Source of the DNA: Trypanosoma brucei
Lineage: Eukaryota
DNA length: 64,000 nucleotides
Direction of reading: 5' to 3'
NCBI GenBank assembly: GCA_000002445.1
Contig: CH464492.1
Location: 160,001-224,000, forward strand
The translations under genes and the position numbers were made by a program. Positions 13,511-26,399 of this stretch are shown here, piece by piece. The stretch's first letter is position 1, and every line of letters begins with the position of its first letter. Under the pieces are notes generated by a model, which saw only the letters and a program-made list of their open reading frames with translations, made no database searches and had not been told where the DNA came from.

Positions 13511-15224
13511 CGACTGTAGACCCAAAATAAAGCATCAAAAGATATAAATGACATAACTGTGTAATCCCAGTAAGAGAGTAAGTGAAAGAGAGGAAGAAAG
13601 GGAAATAGAATATGCGCTTTTTTTAACACAAATGTGATTACAACTCATCATTTTACACAAGGAGATGATGGACATGTAAATGAAGGAAAGGCGGAGTCCA
13701 GTTTGCAAGCCAAATGAAGTCAGTAAGCTACCTACAAAAGAAGTGACGCTACGCAAAAAATTATGGGAAAAACATGGTGAAATGACAGAATAAAAAACAG
13801 CACATAACAGAGGAAAATAATACATAAAGATAATGTACTTCACATTTTACTCACAAATTGATGGATTCTATTTTATAAATGTTGATAAATATGTTTTTTT
13901 AATGAGATGGTGTAACCTAATACCTAGCTCTAAAGAATTAGTAGAGGTAGGAGCAGAAAGAAGGAATTACGTAAGTGTAGTAAGTAATATAAAATTCTTT
14001 TCCTCATCAGATATAATAATAATTACCAATATTTTCGCCAAACAAAATAATACTATGAGTACTATTTTAAACCTGAGACTGCAATTTAATTACCGTAGAT
14101 AGAAAAAGAAGAATTAAAACACTGAAGCTGTTTAAAGTAAAGCATATTATGTGATGTTAGTGTTGGCAGCCTCATCGTGGTGAAAGAGTCAATGATCCAG
14201 GAAGAATTAAAATTTTCAGGGGAAACTAACTGTTACCACACGAACACTGGCATATTGGCCACAGTGAGTGATTGCTGTGGTTCCAGGGAGAGTGTACTTT
14301 TGGGCGTTAAAAATATTTATGCGTGTGCAGCGCAAATCATTCCGAGAAAAAGTGGCTACTTCATGTTTCGCAGCTAAGGACCCTGTTCAAATGGAGTCAA
14401 TCAAAGTCGCATACGCGCCACTAGCTTTACAGCTAGCGGATGACTTCGCAGGGTTAGATGCCACAGAAGCTATAGGCGGCGTAGCGTTCTGCAATAGAGA
14501 CCGTCTTTTTAGGCCACCGTGCGAGTCGTTGTCACCACTCTCTGGCGAAGTGAGTGTGCAATAATATCCACCTAAGGGTGTTTTAGTGGGTAGTGGCTCG
14601 TTCTCCAGGGCTGAGTCCCACACTATCATGTCATTTGGCATGATGTATATAAACGCATTTCCTCCTCTTTGCCAGTGTATTGTGAAAATGTCACCCATTA
14701 ACATGCACATTGAAGAAAAAAGTCATACAAAATGCGTCCAGCAGCATTTGCACACACAACAATACTATATGCACACACATAGTGAATTTAAAAAACAAAA
14801 TAATCTACAGAGCGTAACTAACTGCGAGACTAGCTTCAGGAATAGCGCACGAACTACAAGTGGAAAGGGGAACAGCATATAAGCTAACTGAAAGGAAGCT
14901 GCACTTTAATCAGTTTTAGGTGAGAAAAACAGCTTTACTCATTGGGAAACTAGTGCTTAAATCCAAGAACCGGGAAAATATTTCTATGGTGGCGTAAACG
15001 AAGCCGTATGGGAGATTGAAAGTATTTGATAAAGAGAGAATAGTTTATGATAGAGGGTATAGAACGGGCAGGTGGAAATGGGAAGATATTGTTTTGTGTT
15101 TGGATTGTGTAACAATGCGCCACGCAAATCACGTTGATTCGACCAACGTTTCTATGTGTCCGGAACAATACGTACACAACTTGCAGGTCCCATTTGATCC
15201 ATCCTAACTCAAGGCAAACACAAA

Positions 15225-16787
15225 ATGAGGAGGCGAATGCAGATGCACGAACCAAAGAGAAGAATCGCTGCTATAATGGTGGTGTTTCTTCTAGATACCC
15301 TCGCAACTGCGCAACCAGCAGACCCCGGAAGCCTAGCAGCGGTCAAAACCACATGCGCCGAAATCTATTTTAACAAGAAATTGGCCGAACACTTAAGGAT
15401 AAATGTCCAAGAATCCCAACAGCGTCTTTCGGACCTCAACACTGAGACGCGCATGTTTTTTCTCGCCGCAACGGCGGCAACGGACACGCAGAGGAAGCTG
15501 CTGTACACAGCCCTCAGCGCAATAGCAGCGACGACGGCAATCAAGCAACAAGCGGCCTTGAAAGAAAAATCAAAAATAATCGAGGATGCGATAGAAGCGC
15601 TTCATAAGCGGAACGGCGTGCTGGGGCAGCTGCTCACTGGAAGGCCGAAGACGATCCAAGCAACAGAGAAGGCACAATGGACAAAAACAAACCAGCGCTG
15701 GCTGAGCGGAAACGGCACAAACGAAGGCAAATGTGTAGCCACGTATAGCGTCACAGCAACAGAAGACAATACCTGCGACGCCAGCGCGGCTTACAAAGAT
15801 GCAATAGACAAGATCAACGATGAAATAGCGGAACTGAAGCACCTAGCACTAACGCCAAACAGTGAACTCAAACCCATGCAGCTTTCATTTGACATCCACA
15901 TGCAAGGCAGCGCCGGAAGCGTCAGTACAGCCGGCGCTAAGCAAGCCGGATACTGTGGAGCAAACGCGGAAACGAAAGGGTCAGTGACTCACGGTGTAGG
16001 AGCAAAGCCTAGTCAATCCCCGGCGGCAATAACGCAGCCAGCCAAACAAGCACTAGGAAAGACAGGACCGGACGACACGAGCTGCGTCGTCAACGACCAG
16101 CCGCTTAAACTAGTAATTTCAGAAAAGACACTGTTAAACAAGGTGTGCGAAGCCAAAAAAGTCCTGATAAAACCAGAGGCGAAAGCAGCAAGTCTGACGC
16201 GCAAGCAAATAGCCAAAGGGTCACCGGCAGCGAAGATAGCATTCCTTTTCACGAAGGGATCGATACCTCTAACGGCAATAGACGGGGACTGGGTAGCCGC
16301 AATAACGGAAGTATACGGACCAGATACAAGCGATATCAACAAGGAGTTCATTGAACCCTTAAAAAATGACAAAATAACGTGCAATGTGGGCTCCAAAACC
16401 ACCGACCCGGACATAGTAGGAGTCTCTAAAACTGCAAATTTTGGTGAAGCAATAGCAGTTGTTTTCTGGAAAGAAAACAGCAGACAACAACAAGCTAAAC
16501 CTAAGACCACTACAGAATCAAAAACTACAGAAAAATGCAAGCCAGACACAGAAGAAAGTAAATACAAAGAGGATTTAGACTACGATTACAAAGACGGAAA
16601 ATGCAAACTTAAAGCGGGAATGAAAGCAGAAGAAAAGAAAGAGGAGAAATGCAAAGATAAGGAAAAGGATGACTGCAAATCTCCAGATTGTAAGTTGTAG
16701 GGCGAAACTTGCAAAGATTCTTCTATTCTAGAAAACAAACACTTCACCATGATGGTTTCTGAATTTACAGTGTTTGTAGTATTTTAA
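15225..16787 (+). pseudogene. VSG with in-frame TAG (16698-16700) inside the CKSPDCKW motif
   Basis: ATG 15225; 491-aa ORF ending CKSPDCKL*; the frame continues GETCKDSSILENKHFTMMVSEFTVFVVF* to 16787; the expected CKSPDCKWEGETCKDSS is changed by two G>T substitutions (TGG>TTG, GAG>TAG). Confidence 0.85.
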
Positions 16788-17014
16788 TATTATACGGACT
16801 TATACTGAATTTTATAAATTTATGAAACTTACTAAAATTTGCTGCATTTCAACACTTTTAAATGAAAATTGGAATTTGTTCAGAATATTAAATTTTGAAA
16901 CTCAACAATATGAAATCTTTGTACGATAGAGGCACCTGGAAGTAAATTAATAGGATAATAGGGCATAAAAAGCGGGTGCTATTTTGATTTGCTTATATTA
17001 TAAATATTAGTTAT

Positions 17015-17095
17015 GTTTATAATAATAATAATAATGATAATGATAGGAGTGTGTTGTCAGTGTATATATACTAATATTATAATAAGAGCAGTGTT
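17015..17095 (+). repeat. 70-bp repeat
   Basis: ataataataataataatgataatgataggagtgtgttgtcagtgtatatatactaatattataataagagcag. Confidence 0.8.
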
Positions 17096-17572
17096 GAAGA
17101 ATAAATGGACTAGAATAGTAGAAGCACTTAAAGCGATATTTATGTGCAATGGCAATAAGGGGGGTGTGAGAGAGAGCACGAAGAATATTATTAAAGGAAA
17201 AAGAGAGAAATGTAGATAAAACATGGTTAGTTTTAATTAAAAAAGAAATGAATTGAAAATTCACGGGAGATGATGGAGTGGAAGGAGATGGAGAGATTTA
17301 GTGCTGTGTACATGGTTAATAAACTTTTTACGTTATGTGCTATGATAGTGCTCTACACAGGAACAAAACAAATCAACAGTATTCACAACCCCACAAAAAG
17401 GCGAAGGAGGAACCACAGATTCTCCATATTTTACTCAAAAAATAATTTGTACAACTAGAGAGATTATAACAACTGTGTTTTTTATTCTGCTTATGAATCC
17501 TGATGTCAAGCGCTTAAACAAGAAAGTAAGCGTTCATAGTGTGAATGCAGATTTTCTTTTAATAGAAAGACA

Positions 17573-20500
17573 ATTTTTTTAAATTTTTCTTCGTGCCTTC
17601 GTGAGAGTTTCCCCCCACTGGCGCGGCCATCAGCCATAACCGTAGAGCCCTGAGATGCTATTGGTCTGGCGACTGTGGCAGAGTCTCCCTTTTTTATTCA
17701 TCCTAACACACTCTATAATTTTTTGTTGTAGCTCCGCAGTTGAACGGAATACAGCAGATGGGGCGAGAAGCCCCCCACCCTGGACTCTCCAAAAGATGTC
17801 ATTTAGCAATCCTTTTGTTTTGATTTTTGTTATTCGTTTATTATTCTCTCCCCCTCTTTCTGTTTCTGTTGCTTGTTGACTGCATACCCCCTCTGTCTCT
17901 GAGGGTGTCTGGACTATTCTTGCGTCCGGTGCTTTTCCTGCTAGCTCCACACTCGGCAATAAGGGGGGAAGTTGTAGAAGGGAGAGTGGGTTGTATGACT
18001 GTTACATTAGGTGAGGACTTCACCTGCGGCCGGCTCCGTTCAACCGCAATGAGAAACTGCGCCAGCCTTTTAGAAAAACATATATCCTGCACACACACAC
18101 CTTCTACCGCAAACCTGACACGTAACTCCTTCAAACCGGGACAGCTCATCAAGTGCAGCGACGTTTCTTCGCAGTCGCCGCGTTGGCTTGTAACAGCGCG
18201 CTCTACCTTCATACCGTGCATCTTCTTTTGATGTAGGGTGAGGCCAGTTTTGCTAGCACACTGCCTTCCGCATGTCGGGTACACCAACATGGATGCATTT
18301 GTATGCGGGGAATCAGTGGCACACAATTTTGTGCTTTTGCTGCATTTAAGCTCCACTTCCTCACCTTTGTGGAAAGCCTTACAGTGTCAGATGAGGGAGT
18401 CCCTGCAACTGAGCATTTTTTGGCACACACCACACTGCACCTCCCCTTTCCCCGGGACGTCAAGGTTTCCCTCACTGGAACGCTTACGAGGGAATTGCAC
18501 CACCACCACGGTACCGTCCTCCGTCACTATGCTCTTATGTTTGAATTTCTTGTGTAGTGACAGGGAAGAGCATGTACCGAATCTCGCCTCGCACAGGTCA
18601 CATTGAAACGGCAGCTTCCGTGTATCCTGAGAGGCTGGCGCTGCTGGGACGCTACCATCTCCTTGCAATGAGTCTTCGTTTTCTCGCCCCCATTTCACGC
18701 GGCAACTACCACAACCTATGCCATGTATTGTTCTAAGGTGGTGTAATAGTCGGCCTAGCACTGCGAATATGGAGGCACAGATGGTACAATGAAGAACCTG
18801 CGGTCTCATCGGGACTCGTGTGCTCGATGGTAGAGGAACGATCGCCACCACTGGAGGGGGCTCCGGGGGGATGTCCACTGCAGGTGTTGCATCGCCGTAT
18901 TTGATCCTCCGGAGGGCATCAGCTCGCACAAAGCCATGTTTGTTTACCATGTGCGTTACAGCACTCGAGCGGCATTGGTATGTGGCATCACATTCCGTAC
19001 ATTTGGTCAATTCGGAGGTTCTCTGAAGAGTGCGTGTCGCAACAGGTTGTTTGGGTTTGTATTGTTGGTCCTATCGCTGCATGCTGCGGGTTACACCATC
19101 GGCACTGTGGAGGCACACTCGGGTCGATCTTTCGCAACATCCATCCATAGTATCTTGAAGACCTAACCCGAAAGCGTGCCAGTGCTGTTTCTTCTTCCCT
19201 CGTCAGTTCTTCTTTATGTTTTGTTGGAAAGTGGTTGCCCGTGATACCAAACCTATGAGTGTTCTCATGGACTTCTTCCGACCTAAGCACTCGCTTCGCA
19301 TAAGCAATGATGTCGGGGATCCATGTGTCTCGCAACTGTGGTAAATCTGCGGACTTTTTGGCCATTTCATCACAAACCTCATTCCGTTTCACGCCACAAT
19401 GGCCAAACACAAATTGCAGTCGGATGCGTATCTTCCTTCTCTGAACTTGAAGCAGAAGCCTCCATAGTCTCTCAGAATTGGGTCCGTTACGGCTAGGGGC
19501 CTGTCTGCAGTGCTGTTAACATTGACAGCGAGTCAGAGAAGATGGACAACCTGCTCGGTGTGGTTCTGTATGCCGGAAGCCATTTCAGCAGCCGTTGCAG
19601 TCCTATCTCTAATGCTACGCATTCCGCTCTGTAACTGCATGAGAGTTCCCCTGCTCCAGTTTTGGGTGCGCAAATCAGCGTGTTGTTTCTATAGAGCAGG
19701 GCAGCTGCTCCGGACTTCTCACCGAGGGACACGGATCCATCAGTCCACAATTCGTAGTGCTCTCGTCGCGGTGGCTCCTTCCCCCTCCGTGCAAAATGCC
19801 GTTCAATCCACTTTTCGGAAGCCTCCCTTTTGACATTGTTAGAGTCATCAGCGCACACAGGCTTTATCTGCGTGTGAAATAGCGGTCGGCAGCTGTGGCG
19901 GAGCGTCGATGTCTCTAGTGGGTTTTCGCGTGGCTCAATGCGGAGGTGAAGGTAGGACCGCATGATGCGGGAATGTGTGGCTCTGACTGGGTGTTTGCTG
20001 TGATATGCTTCCTCAGCACTGCGCCGCAAACATCCGCCTCGTGACTCACACATCAGCATGAATTTCATGCTGCGCACAAGAGTGGTCGTCTTGAGTGGCA
20101 GGAGGTTTGCTTCCAGCAGACAGTCCTCTTTGCTCGTCCCATGTGGTATGCCAGCTATGATGCGACTGACCTTGTGTTGCGCTGCTGCAAGGAGGTCGCG
20201 ACTTCGTTCCGAAGCGTCCCAGTACCATACCTCAATGCCATACATGGTGTGTGCCTGTACGAGTGCTAGATAAAAAGCTCTCAGTACTTGTCGTCTTGGC
20301 CCCCATGTAGAAGCTGAGATGGCTGCTATCTGCAGTAGTAGGAAGTCCATCTTGCGTCTCGTTTCTGCCGCATGTGTTGCCATCCCTTGCAGACACTGGA
20401 ATGTTACTCCTAGAAGCTTCGGTGTCCTGTCAGCTCCTATTCTTTCGCCGTCCATTGTAATGTAAGGGGGTGGCGCTCTATACACCCGAAGAGTGTGCAC

Positions 20501-22818
20501 TTCGTTTTCGCTACGTTGACAGACATGAAGTACTCTTTTGACCACTGTAACACCACGTTTAGGCCGCATTACAGCGTGTGGTTGATGACATCCCTCTCTG
20601 TGTGCCTCGCAAGTAGCGTCAGGTCATCTGCAAAGAATCCGTGCTGCAGTAACGGCACTTCTGCAAGGCGCTGGCTCAACGAGTTCATGACAATAATGAA
20701 CATGATTGGGCCAAGGACAGTTCCTTGTGGCACTCCTCGCTCAAATGTTCTGCTGCTGGAAAGCTTCTCCTTGAATCTCACTCTGCCAGTTCGGTTACTC
20801 AGAAATGATACACACCACTTCACAATGTGGGGTGATACCTTCATTCTGTGCATTTCCCTCGCAATTTTGTCGTGGTCTACTGTATCGAATGCCTTCTCTT
20901 AGTCGACGAATACAGCACCTGTACGATATTGGTGCGTGGGACGGCAGAGGGCAGCGCGGACGTGCAGGAGGTGTTCGAGCGTTGAGCATCCGGGGCGAAA
21001 GCCTGATTGCTGCGGCGTCAGCTGGGACTCAACAGTGTCTCTAAGTCTCGCGGCAATTATTCGCTCCATGACTTTGCAGAGACAGCTCGTGAGCGTCACT
21101 GGCCTGTAAGAATCGAGGTCCTCCGCCTTTTTTCCGGCCTTCAGGATGGGGATGATAACACCAGTCTTCCATGCAGACGGCACGACTCCCGTTCGTAGGC
21201 TCTCATTGAATAGCCTCAGAACAACATTCAGCGCTGTTCTACCGAGATGTTGCAGTGCCTTGTTGTATAAGCAATCAGGTCCGGCTGCGGATCCACTCGG
21301 TAGCAGTTTGATCGATCTCCGTAGTTCAGCCATCGTGATGGGACTGAACTCACTCGCTATCGTCTTTATGTGTGCCGGTGGGTGTGAGTCGGGGTGCCTT
21401 CTTGCGCAAGACGAGTACAGTTTAATGAACCTCTCAGCTTGACGGTAGTCCGTGATGGCCGCGTTATCAACAAGCACAGCCGGTGTGGTTAGTGGTCGTG
21501 GCGCATATACCTTCTTGACAATGTGCCAACTGCAGCGGTCTGACACCGCAAGTCTGGAGCATAGCGTGCTCCATCTCTTCTTTGTGGTACGGTCCAGAAT
21601 CTGCTTACGCGTGGCTACCAACTTTTCTCTTATGTGGAAAGGTCCTCATCCAGCGATCTCTTCATCGAGTTTTGCGAGCTCAGGTGTCCAATGTGGTGGC
21701 GTTGCTCTGCAGCCACGGGGGACGGAGACCTTCGTCGCAATGCGGATGGCGGAGCTCAATTTCTGTTCCATGGTGTTGACGTTCTTCTCTCTAACAATTT
21801 TCCTGCAGAGCTCGTCAACCTTGAGGCGGAAATTCCTCCAGTCAGCTTTTAGCCATGCGTACATGGGCTTTCGAAGCTGCGGGCAACTCAGTGCATCTGT
21901 GCCGTCTCCAACGATAACGTCGAAAAATATGTGATGGTGATCGCTATCGGGAGAATACAGCGATGTCCACGTACACTATTTAATTCCTTGACAGTGTCAC
22001 ATCAGGGGTGGACTCCCCGTGGTGGCGTGCGTACCTGGTGCACTCACCAGTGTTGCAGACCAGAAACTGGTTGTCAATGCACCACTGTGTGAGGGTTTCA
22101 CCCTTGGTATTTGGTGGGCTCGCGCGATCCCATGCCAGCGCGTGTGCGTTAGCGTCTGCACCGATGAGCTTGGCACCGTCAGTCGTCAGAAGCGTATCTA
22201 GGTCAGTTTCCGTGAAGGTGTGTTTTGGTGGGATGTATGCCGACGTGACAGTCAGCGCCGTTCCACGTGCAAGGTGAATTGTTCCATGCACTTGTTCAAT
22301 GCGACCAACAACGGTCATACCTGTCTCGACTGGTAGGTCCTCCCTCACTAGTATTGATACACCACCTCCTTTGCAGTTACGAGCTATTCCGTGATGTTGG
22401 TAGCCAGCAACGCTAAAGCAAGCCGCCTCTCCAGGCGTCATCCTTGTCTCGCTCAACAGACAAAAGGCGATCCGCTCATCAACAAGGGTTTTGTGGAGTG
22501 CTAATCTCTTTCCTTGAGATAGCCCGGCGGAGTTCCACTGCATCCCGCGCAACGACGGGCCGGGATTCTCTTCCACATCACCGGACAGCAGCATCTTAGT
22601 GCGGATGATACTGCTGATGACACGCTGGCACGTGCCCAGGGACCGACAAATGAAGAACGGTGTCCCAGCAAGACGCTGCTGATCCCTGTGCTGTATGATG
22701 CCGTTGCCGGAGCACAGCATTGTTCCCCATGAAAGGAACGCTGCTGGCTCTTCGCTTCCCCCGATGATACGGGGTACTGGACCCTGGCACCACGTTGAGG
22801 TGGCCGGCATTAGCAGGG
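17573..22818 (-). mobile_element. ingi non-LTR retrotransposon, near full length (~5.25 kb), degenerate with multiple frameshifts
   Basis: The 5' end on the - strand reads ccctgctaatgccggccacctcaacgtggtgccagggtccagtaccccgtatcatcggggg (Pr77-like hallmark shared with L1Tc/ingi/RIME). ORF fragments on - are in ingi order: 2A-like + APE endonuclease (21980-22840), RT (20899-21621; 19493-20853 with FADD motif), RNase H-like (18988-19410), C2H2 zinc fingers (18387-19010; 17841-18356). A poly(A) tail shows as a T-run on + at ~17573-17590. Confidence 0.85.
19493..21621 (-). pseudogene. ingi reverse transcriptase region, split over 3 ORFs
   Basis: VVPSAWKTGVIIPILKAGKK...YRPVTLTSCLCKVMERII, GVPQGTVLGPIMFIIVMN...FFADDLTLL and MYGIEVWYW motifs typical of non-LTR RT; ORFs 20899-21621, 20569-20853 and 19493-20569 are in different frames. 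Confidence 0.75.
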
Positions 22819-22840
22819 AATATAATGCATGGCAAATCAA
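21980..22840 (-). pseudogene. ingi polyprotein N-terminal fragment: 2A-like peptide (DVEENPGP) followed by AP-endonuclease domain
   Basis: LLSGDVEENPGP at ~22555-22578 (- strand), then MQWNSAGLSQGKRLALHKTLV...ILVREDLP...SAYIPP (APE-like); out of frame with the downstream RT. Confidence 0.75.
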
Positions 22841-22849
22841 CGAGAATGC

Positions 22850-23066
22850 AGTCTTTTTAGCACTACCTCAAACTACGTTAACCGAAACAACAACAGGTAA
22901 ATATAAGGGTAAACTGGAGAGGGATTGTAAAAATAGGTGAAAATGGGAAAGTCACTCCTGTAAGGATTTCACTATTATTGTAAATAAAAAATTTGTAACT
23001 AATTGTTTCTTCCTTTATGAGCTTTGTTTTGAAGACAGTATTACATTTGTGATAATTTTTCTATAA
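22850..23066 (+). pseudogene. VSG C-terminal stub (about 50 codons plus 3'UTR) directly abutting the ingi 5' end
   Basis: TTGKYKGKLERDCKNR*KWESHSCKDFTIIVNKKFVTNCFFL aligns to the canonical TTEKCKGKLEKDCKSPDCKWE..CKDSSFLVNKKFALMAAAF; degenerate 16-mer tgataatttttctataacac at ~23050. Confidence 0.65.
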
Positions 23067-23234
23067 CACTTGAAAGTTTTTAGTAATTGTAATTTAGATA
23101 AGTAAAATAACTATAGTAAGTAAAATATGCATGATGATGGTTAATAGGTGAAAGGTAGTAAAGTGGAAGAGTATGAAAAATGAGTGGTGTTCTCATTTGT
23201 TTGTTTTCTTATTTTATTTATGTTAACTAGGTTA

Positions 23235-23310
23235 TGATAGTCATAATAATGGTAGTGATATGGGTGTGTTGTGCGTCTGTATACTAGTATTATTATGGGA
23301 GCTGTGGTAA
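23235..23310 (+). repeat. 70-bp repeat
   Basis: tcataataatggtagtgatatgggtgtgttgtgcgtctgtatactagtattattatgggagc. Confidence 0.7.
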
Positions 23311-24695
23311 GGACAAAATGGGCGTAAAATAAATTTACTAAAAACAATGTAAAGGCTTTGATGGAAATAATATATTATATTGAGGAATATTAAAAAAAGA
23401 AAAAAGGAAGGTAGAGTATGCGCAGTTTTCATGCACAAAAATGGCGATGCGTGTCATGACAGAGGCAGAGATTTTTTGTGGAGGAGACGATGACGGAGAG
23501 GTAAAGAAAATCGAGCAGAAAAAATGGGGTTGCTGCGTTAGTGATATGATAGCTGAATTAAACTAAAAGAAGGGAAAAGAATATTGAAAGAAACGATAGA
23601 GGATTCTACAGCACAACATAGAATAAAATGACACATCAGCAAAAGATGATGTTTCTTGTTTTTCACAGAAATCAATAGCCAACACAGCGATGATAATGCT
23701 GATTACTGCAGTTTAGAATCGGATAGCCGATCATAATATTCTTCTGTAAAGTAAAAGAAATAAAAGAGGAAGGAGGAAGGTGTTGAGTAAGTTTGAGGCA
23801 ATTTCGAAGCCTTATTTTTATCAGATATATTAATAATATCAACCATTTGTGGCAGAACACATAATGTTATAGCAACGATATACTTTTAAGAATGGAAAAT
23901 AAGTGGCTTTCAATGAAGCTTAAGAGGAGAATAAAGACGTTAAAACAACTTAAAATAAAACATAAAAGAGCTGAGGAACTTTGTGTGATGTAACAAAGGT
24001 TTCAAATGAAGCTGCATCTCTCATCTGCTGGTTCAGTGGAAAAAAGTTGAACCCATTCAAAGAGCGAATAATTCACATAAAAATACAAACTAACGAAGAA
24101 ATAATGGGGAATGAACACAAATGCGAAAACAAATGAGTCCATTTAGAGACTCAACTGCCTAAAAAGTTAAAGTGACTGACAACAAACCAGGAAAACACTG
24201 CAAAATAATCAACGCCATGCATACGGAAAAACGTCACCGTTATACCGTTTTTAAAGATAAACCGACGCTACAGGAGCCAACCGGTATTAAAACCACACAC
24301 CGACCATACATAATAGATGCAATAGATATAGATATAGATCGATATGGGTTGAGCAGTAAAGCACGAACATTGTTGAAAAACAACATTTAGGTTCAAAATA
24401 TATATCTTGGTGACCGTAAGGTTCTACAGTGAAACCAATCGTTTTGTGAGTTGAAAATATGAGCAAAAAAGCCATTTATAGTGATTATGTGCATATAATA
24501 ATTTTTTAGCCACTTTTTTATTGACACCACAGCAAACGAAAAAACCAGCATTTCTTTTATGACAAATATTGATTGTGTTTTTGTCAGAGATTCGATTTTG
24601 TAACGTCTATAAGTGTTCATTTTCGCACAACATGGATAAATAGCGGAACGTTTCCGTCACAGCAAAGCTAGTCCCTAAGGCAGCGACCTTAAAAC

Positions 24696-26171
24696 ATGAT
24701 TACTACAATAGCAAGCCTAACTCTGGCTTTTATGCTAGCGGCGACAATATCGACAGCAGGTGAAGACAAAACAAACACAATTGCTTTTGAGAGCGACAAC
24801 TAGTGCACGGAACGAAAATTCCTAACTAACACGGTCACAGCCATCCGAATCGTAGTACTGAAGGCATACGAAGGCGTTGAAGAAAAAAACAAACAGCTGT
24901 GCGCATGGAAGCTTGCGGCAGCCGCAACCGACGACATAAATTCAAAAAAGGCATACAAGTTGCTTATGGCTATCGATGAAAAAGCGACACTTCAACGGAT
25001 TTCTAACAGGGTTGCGGCGACAACGGCAGCTGAAAAAGCATCAGCGGTGATCGCAGCACGAATAAACTATCTAAGCCGAGTCCAGGGTGTCGTCATGGCA
25101 CACCCCGCAACGATCCCAGCATCGGCCACAACTTCCGTAACGGCAAACTCAGCCCCGTGCGAGATCAAGATCAGCCCGGCCGCAACAACTGGCCCAAGCT
25201 GCACTGCAACAGCAAAGGAGTCTGCGGCTGCCGACACCATCAGACAGCTGTTGCGGACGGCTACACATATCACTCTACTCGATGAGTTAGACGCCGATAA
25301 ACACGTAGAGGAGAGAATTCTGAACTTTAAGGTGGGAGGCGGCGCCAGCTGGACGACAGCTAGCGACGGCAACGGTCAAGTCTGCAAAACAGACAGCACA
25401 GCACAACAATCATTCAAATTACAACCAGGCAAACAGCCAAAAAACAAAGCACAAGCACCGCAGGCAAGCATCCACAAACTAGAAGACGCAAGCAACAAGG
25501 ATGCGACCGCAACAGAGAACGACTACCCTGCAGCCGAACTCACAGGTAAGCAAATCGCCAAAGTCCTTCACGAGCTGCAAGTAACACTTAACAAGCCAGA
25601 GTTAGACCTCGCTACGTTAACAATCGAAGCCTTAAAGAGCGACTCACAGATAGCAGAACTGGCTAGAAACTTGCTATCTGACAACCCAGGCACAAGCAAG
25701 CTAAGCGATGCGCCGAAGGGCGAATTGCTAACCAGGCTCCTCAACCGATACTTCGGCGACAAAGGGGAGGCATACAATAAGAGATTCTTGAAAGAATTGC
25801 GCAGCAGTGAGCTAACTGTCAAGCTCGGGGACGCAGCCGAAGCGAAACCAATAAGCTTTTTGTGTCAACCGGAAACCTTTGCAAAGGCAATTACATATTT
25901 GCAAGGCCAAATCCTAAAAAAACAAACAGAAAAAGCAATTGTTACAATTTATAAAACCTCAGAAGCGATCTGTAATGACAAAAAGAAAGATGAGTGCAGC
26001 AAAGAGAATAAATGCAAATGGGAAGGTACCGAAGACAAAGGAACTTGCAAACCTAAAGATGAAGAAGACGAGGTGAAAGCAGAGAATGATGGTAAAACCA
26101 CAAACACCAAAGGAAGCAATTCTTTTCTCATCAAAGCTTCCCCTCTTTGGCTTGCTTTTTTTCTTTTTTAA
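24696..26171 (+). pseudogene. VSG with a single in-frame TAG at 24801-24803 (codon 36); otherwise full length
   Basis: ATG 24696; MITTIASLTLAFMLAATISTAGEDKTNTIAFESDN*CTERK... continues in the same frame into ORF 24960-26171; C-terminus ...CKPKDEEDEVKAENDGKTTNTKGSNSFLIKASPLWLAFFLF*; exact 16-mer at 26225-26240. Confidence 0.85.
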
Positions 26172-26224
26172 AATTTTACCCCTCCCTTTAAAAAGAATTT
26201 TTCGTTTGATAAAATTTTGCTATT

Positions 26225-26240
26225 TGATATATTTTAACAC
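26225..26240 (+). promoter_or_regulatory. VSG 3'UTR conserved 16-mer (exact TGATATATTTTAACAC)
   Basis: Exact match 54 bp downstream of the VSG stop at 26171. Near variants occur downstream of every VSG in the window: 30062-30077, 34175-34190, 41511-41526, 52127-52141, ~9785-9805, ~45515-45535, ~49100-49125. Confidence 0.8.
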
Positions 26241-26399
26241 TTTTTGATGAAAGTAAGTAAATTAGTGAAAATATGAAAAGTTTTCGAAAAAAAATTGTAT
26301 GAGAGTGTATGGGTTCAAAGTAGTAAGCCGATAAGATTTGAAAATGAGTGGATTCTAATTTCTTTTATTTAGTTTATTAAGTCTTTTATGCATGTTTTT

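Noticed and set aside
14268-14710. Overlapping ~100-aa ORFs on both strands in the upstream region of VSG 15225
   Set aside because: No ATG-initiated frame, no motifs and mutually exclusive frames. This is treated as non-coding co-transposed region.
17561-17573. Candidate 12-bp target-site duplication for the ingi (aatagaaagaca vs aatataatgcat at 22819-22830)
   Set aside because: Only 8 of 12 positions match. This is not convincing, so it is reported as absence of a clean TSD rather than as a feature.
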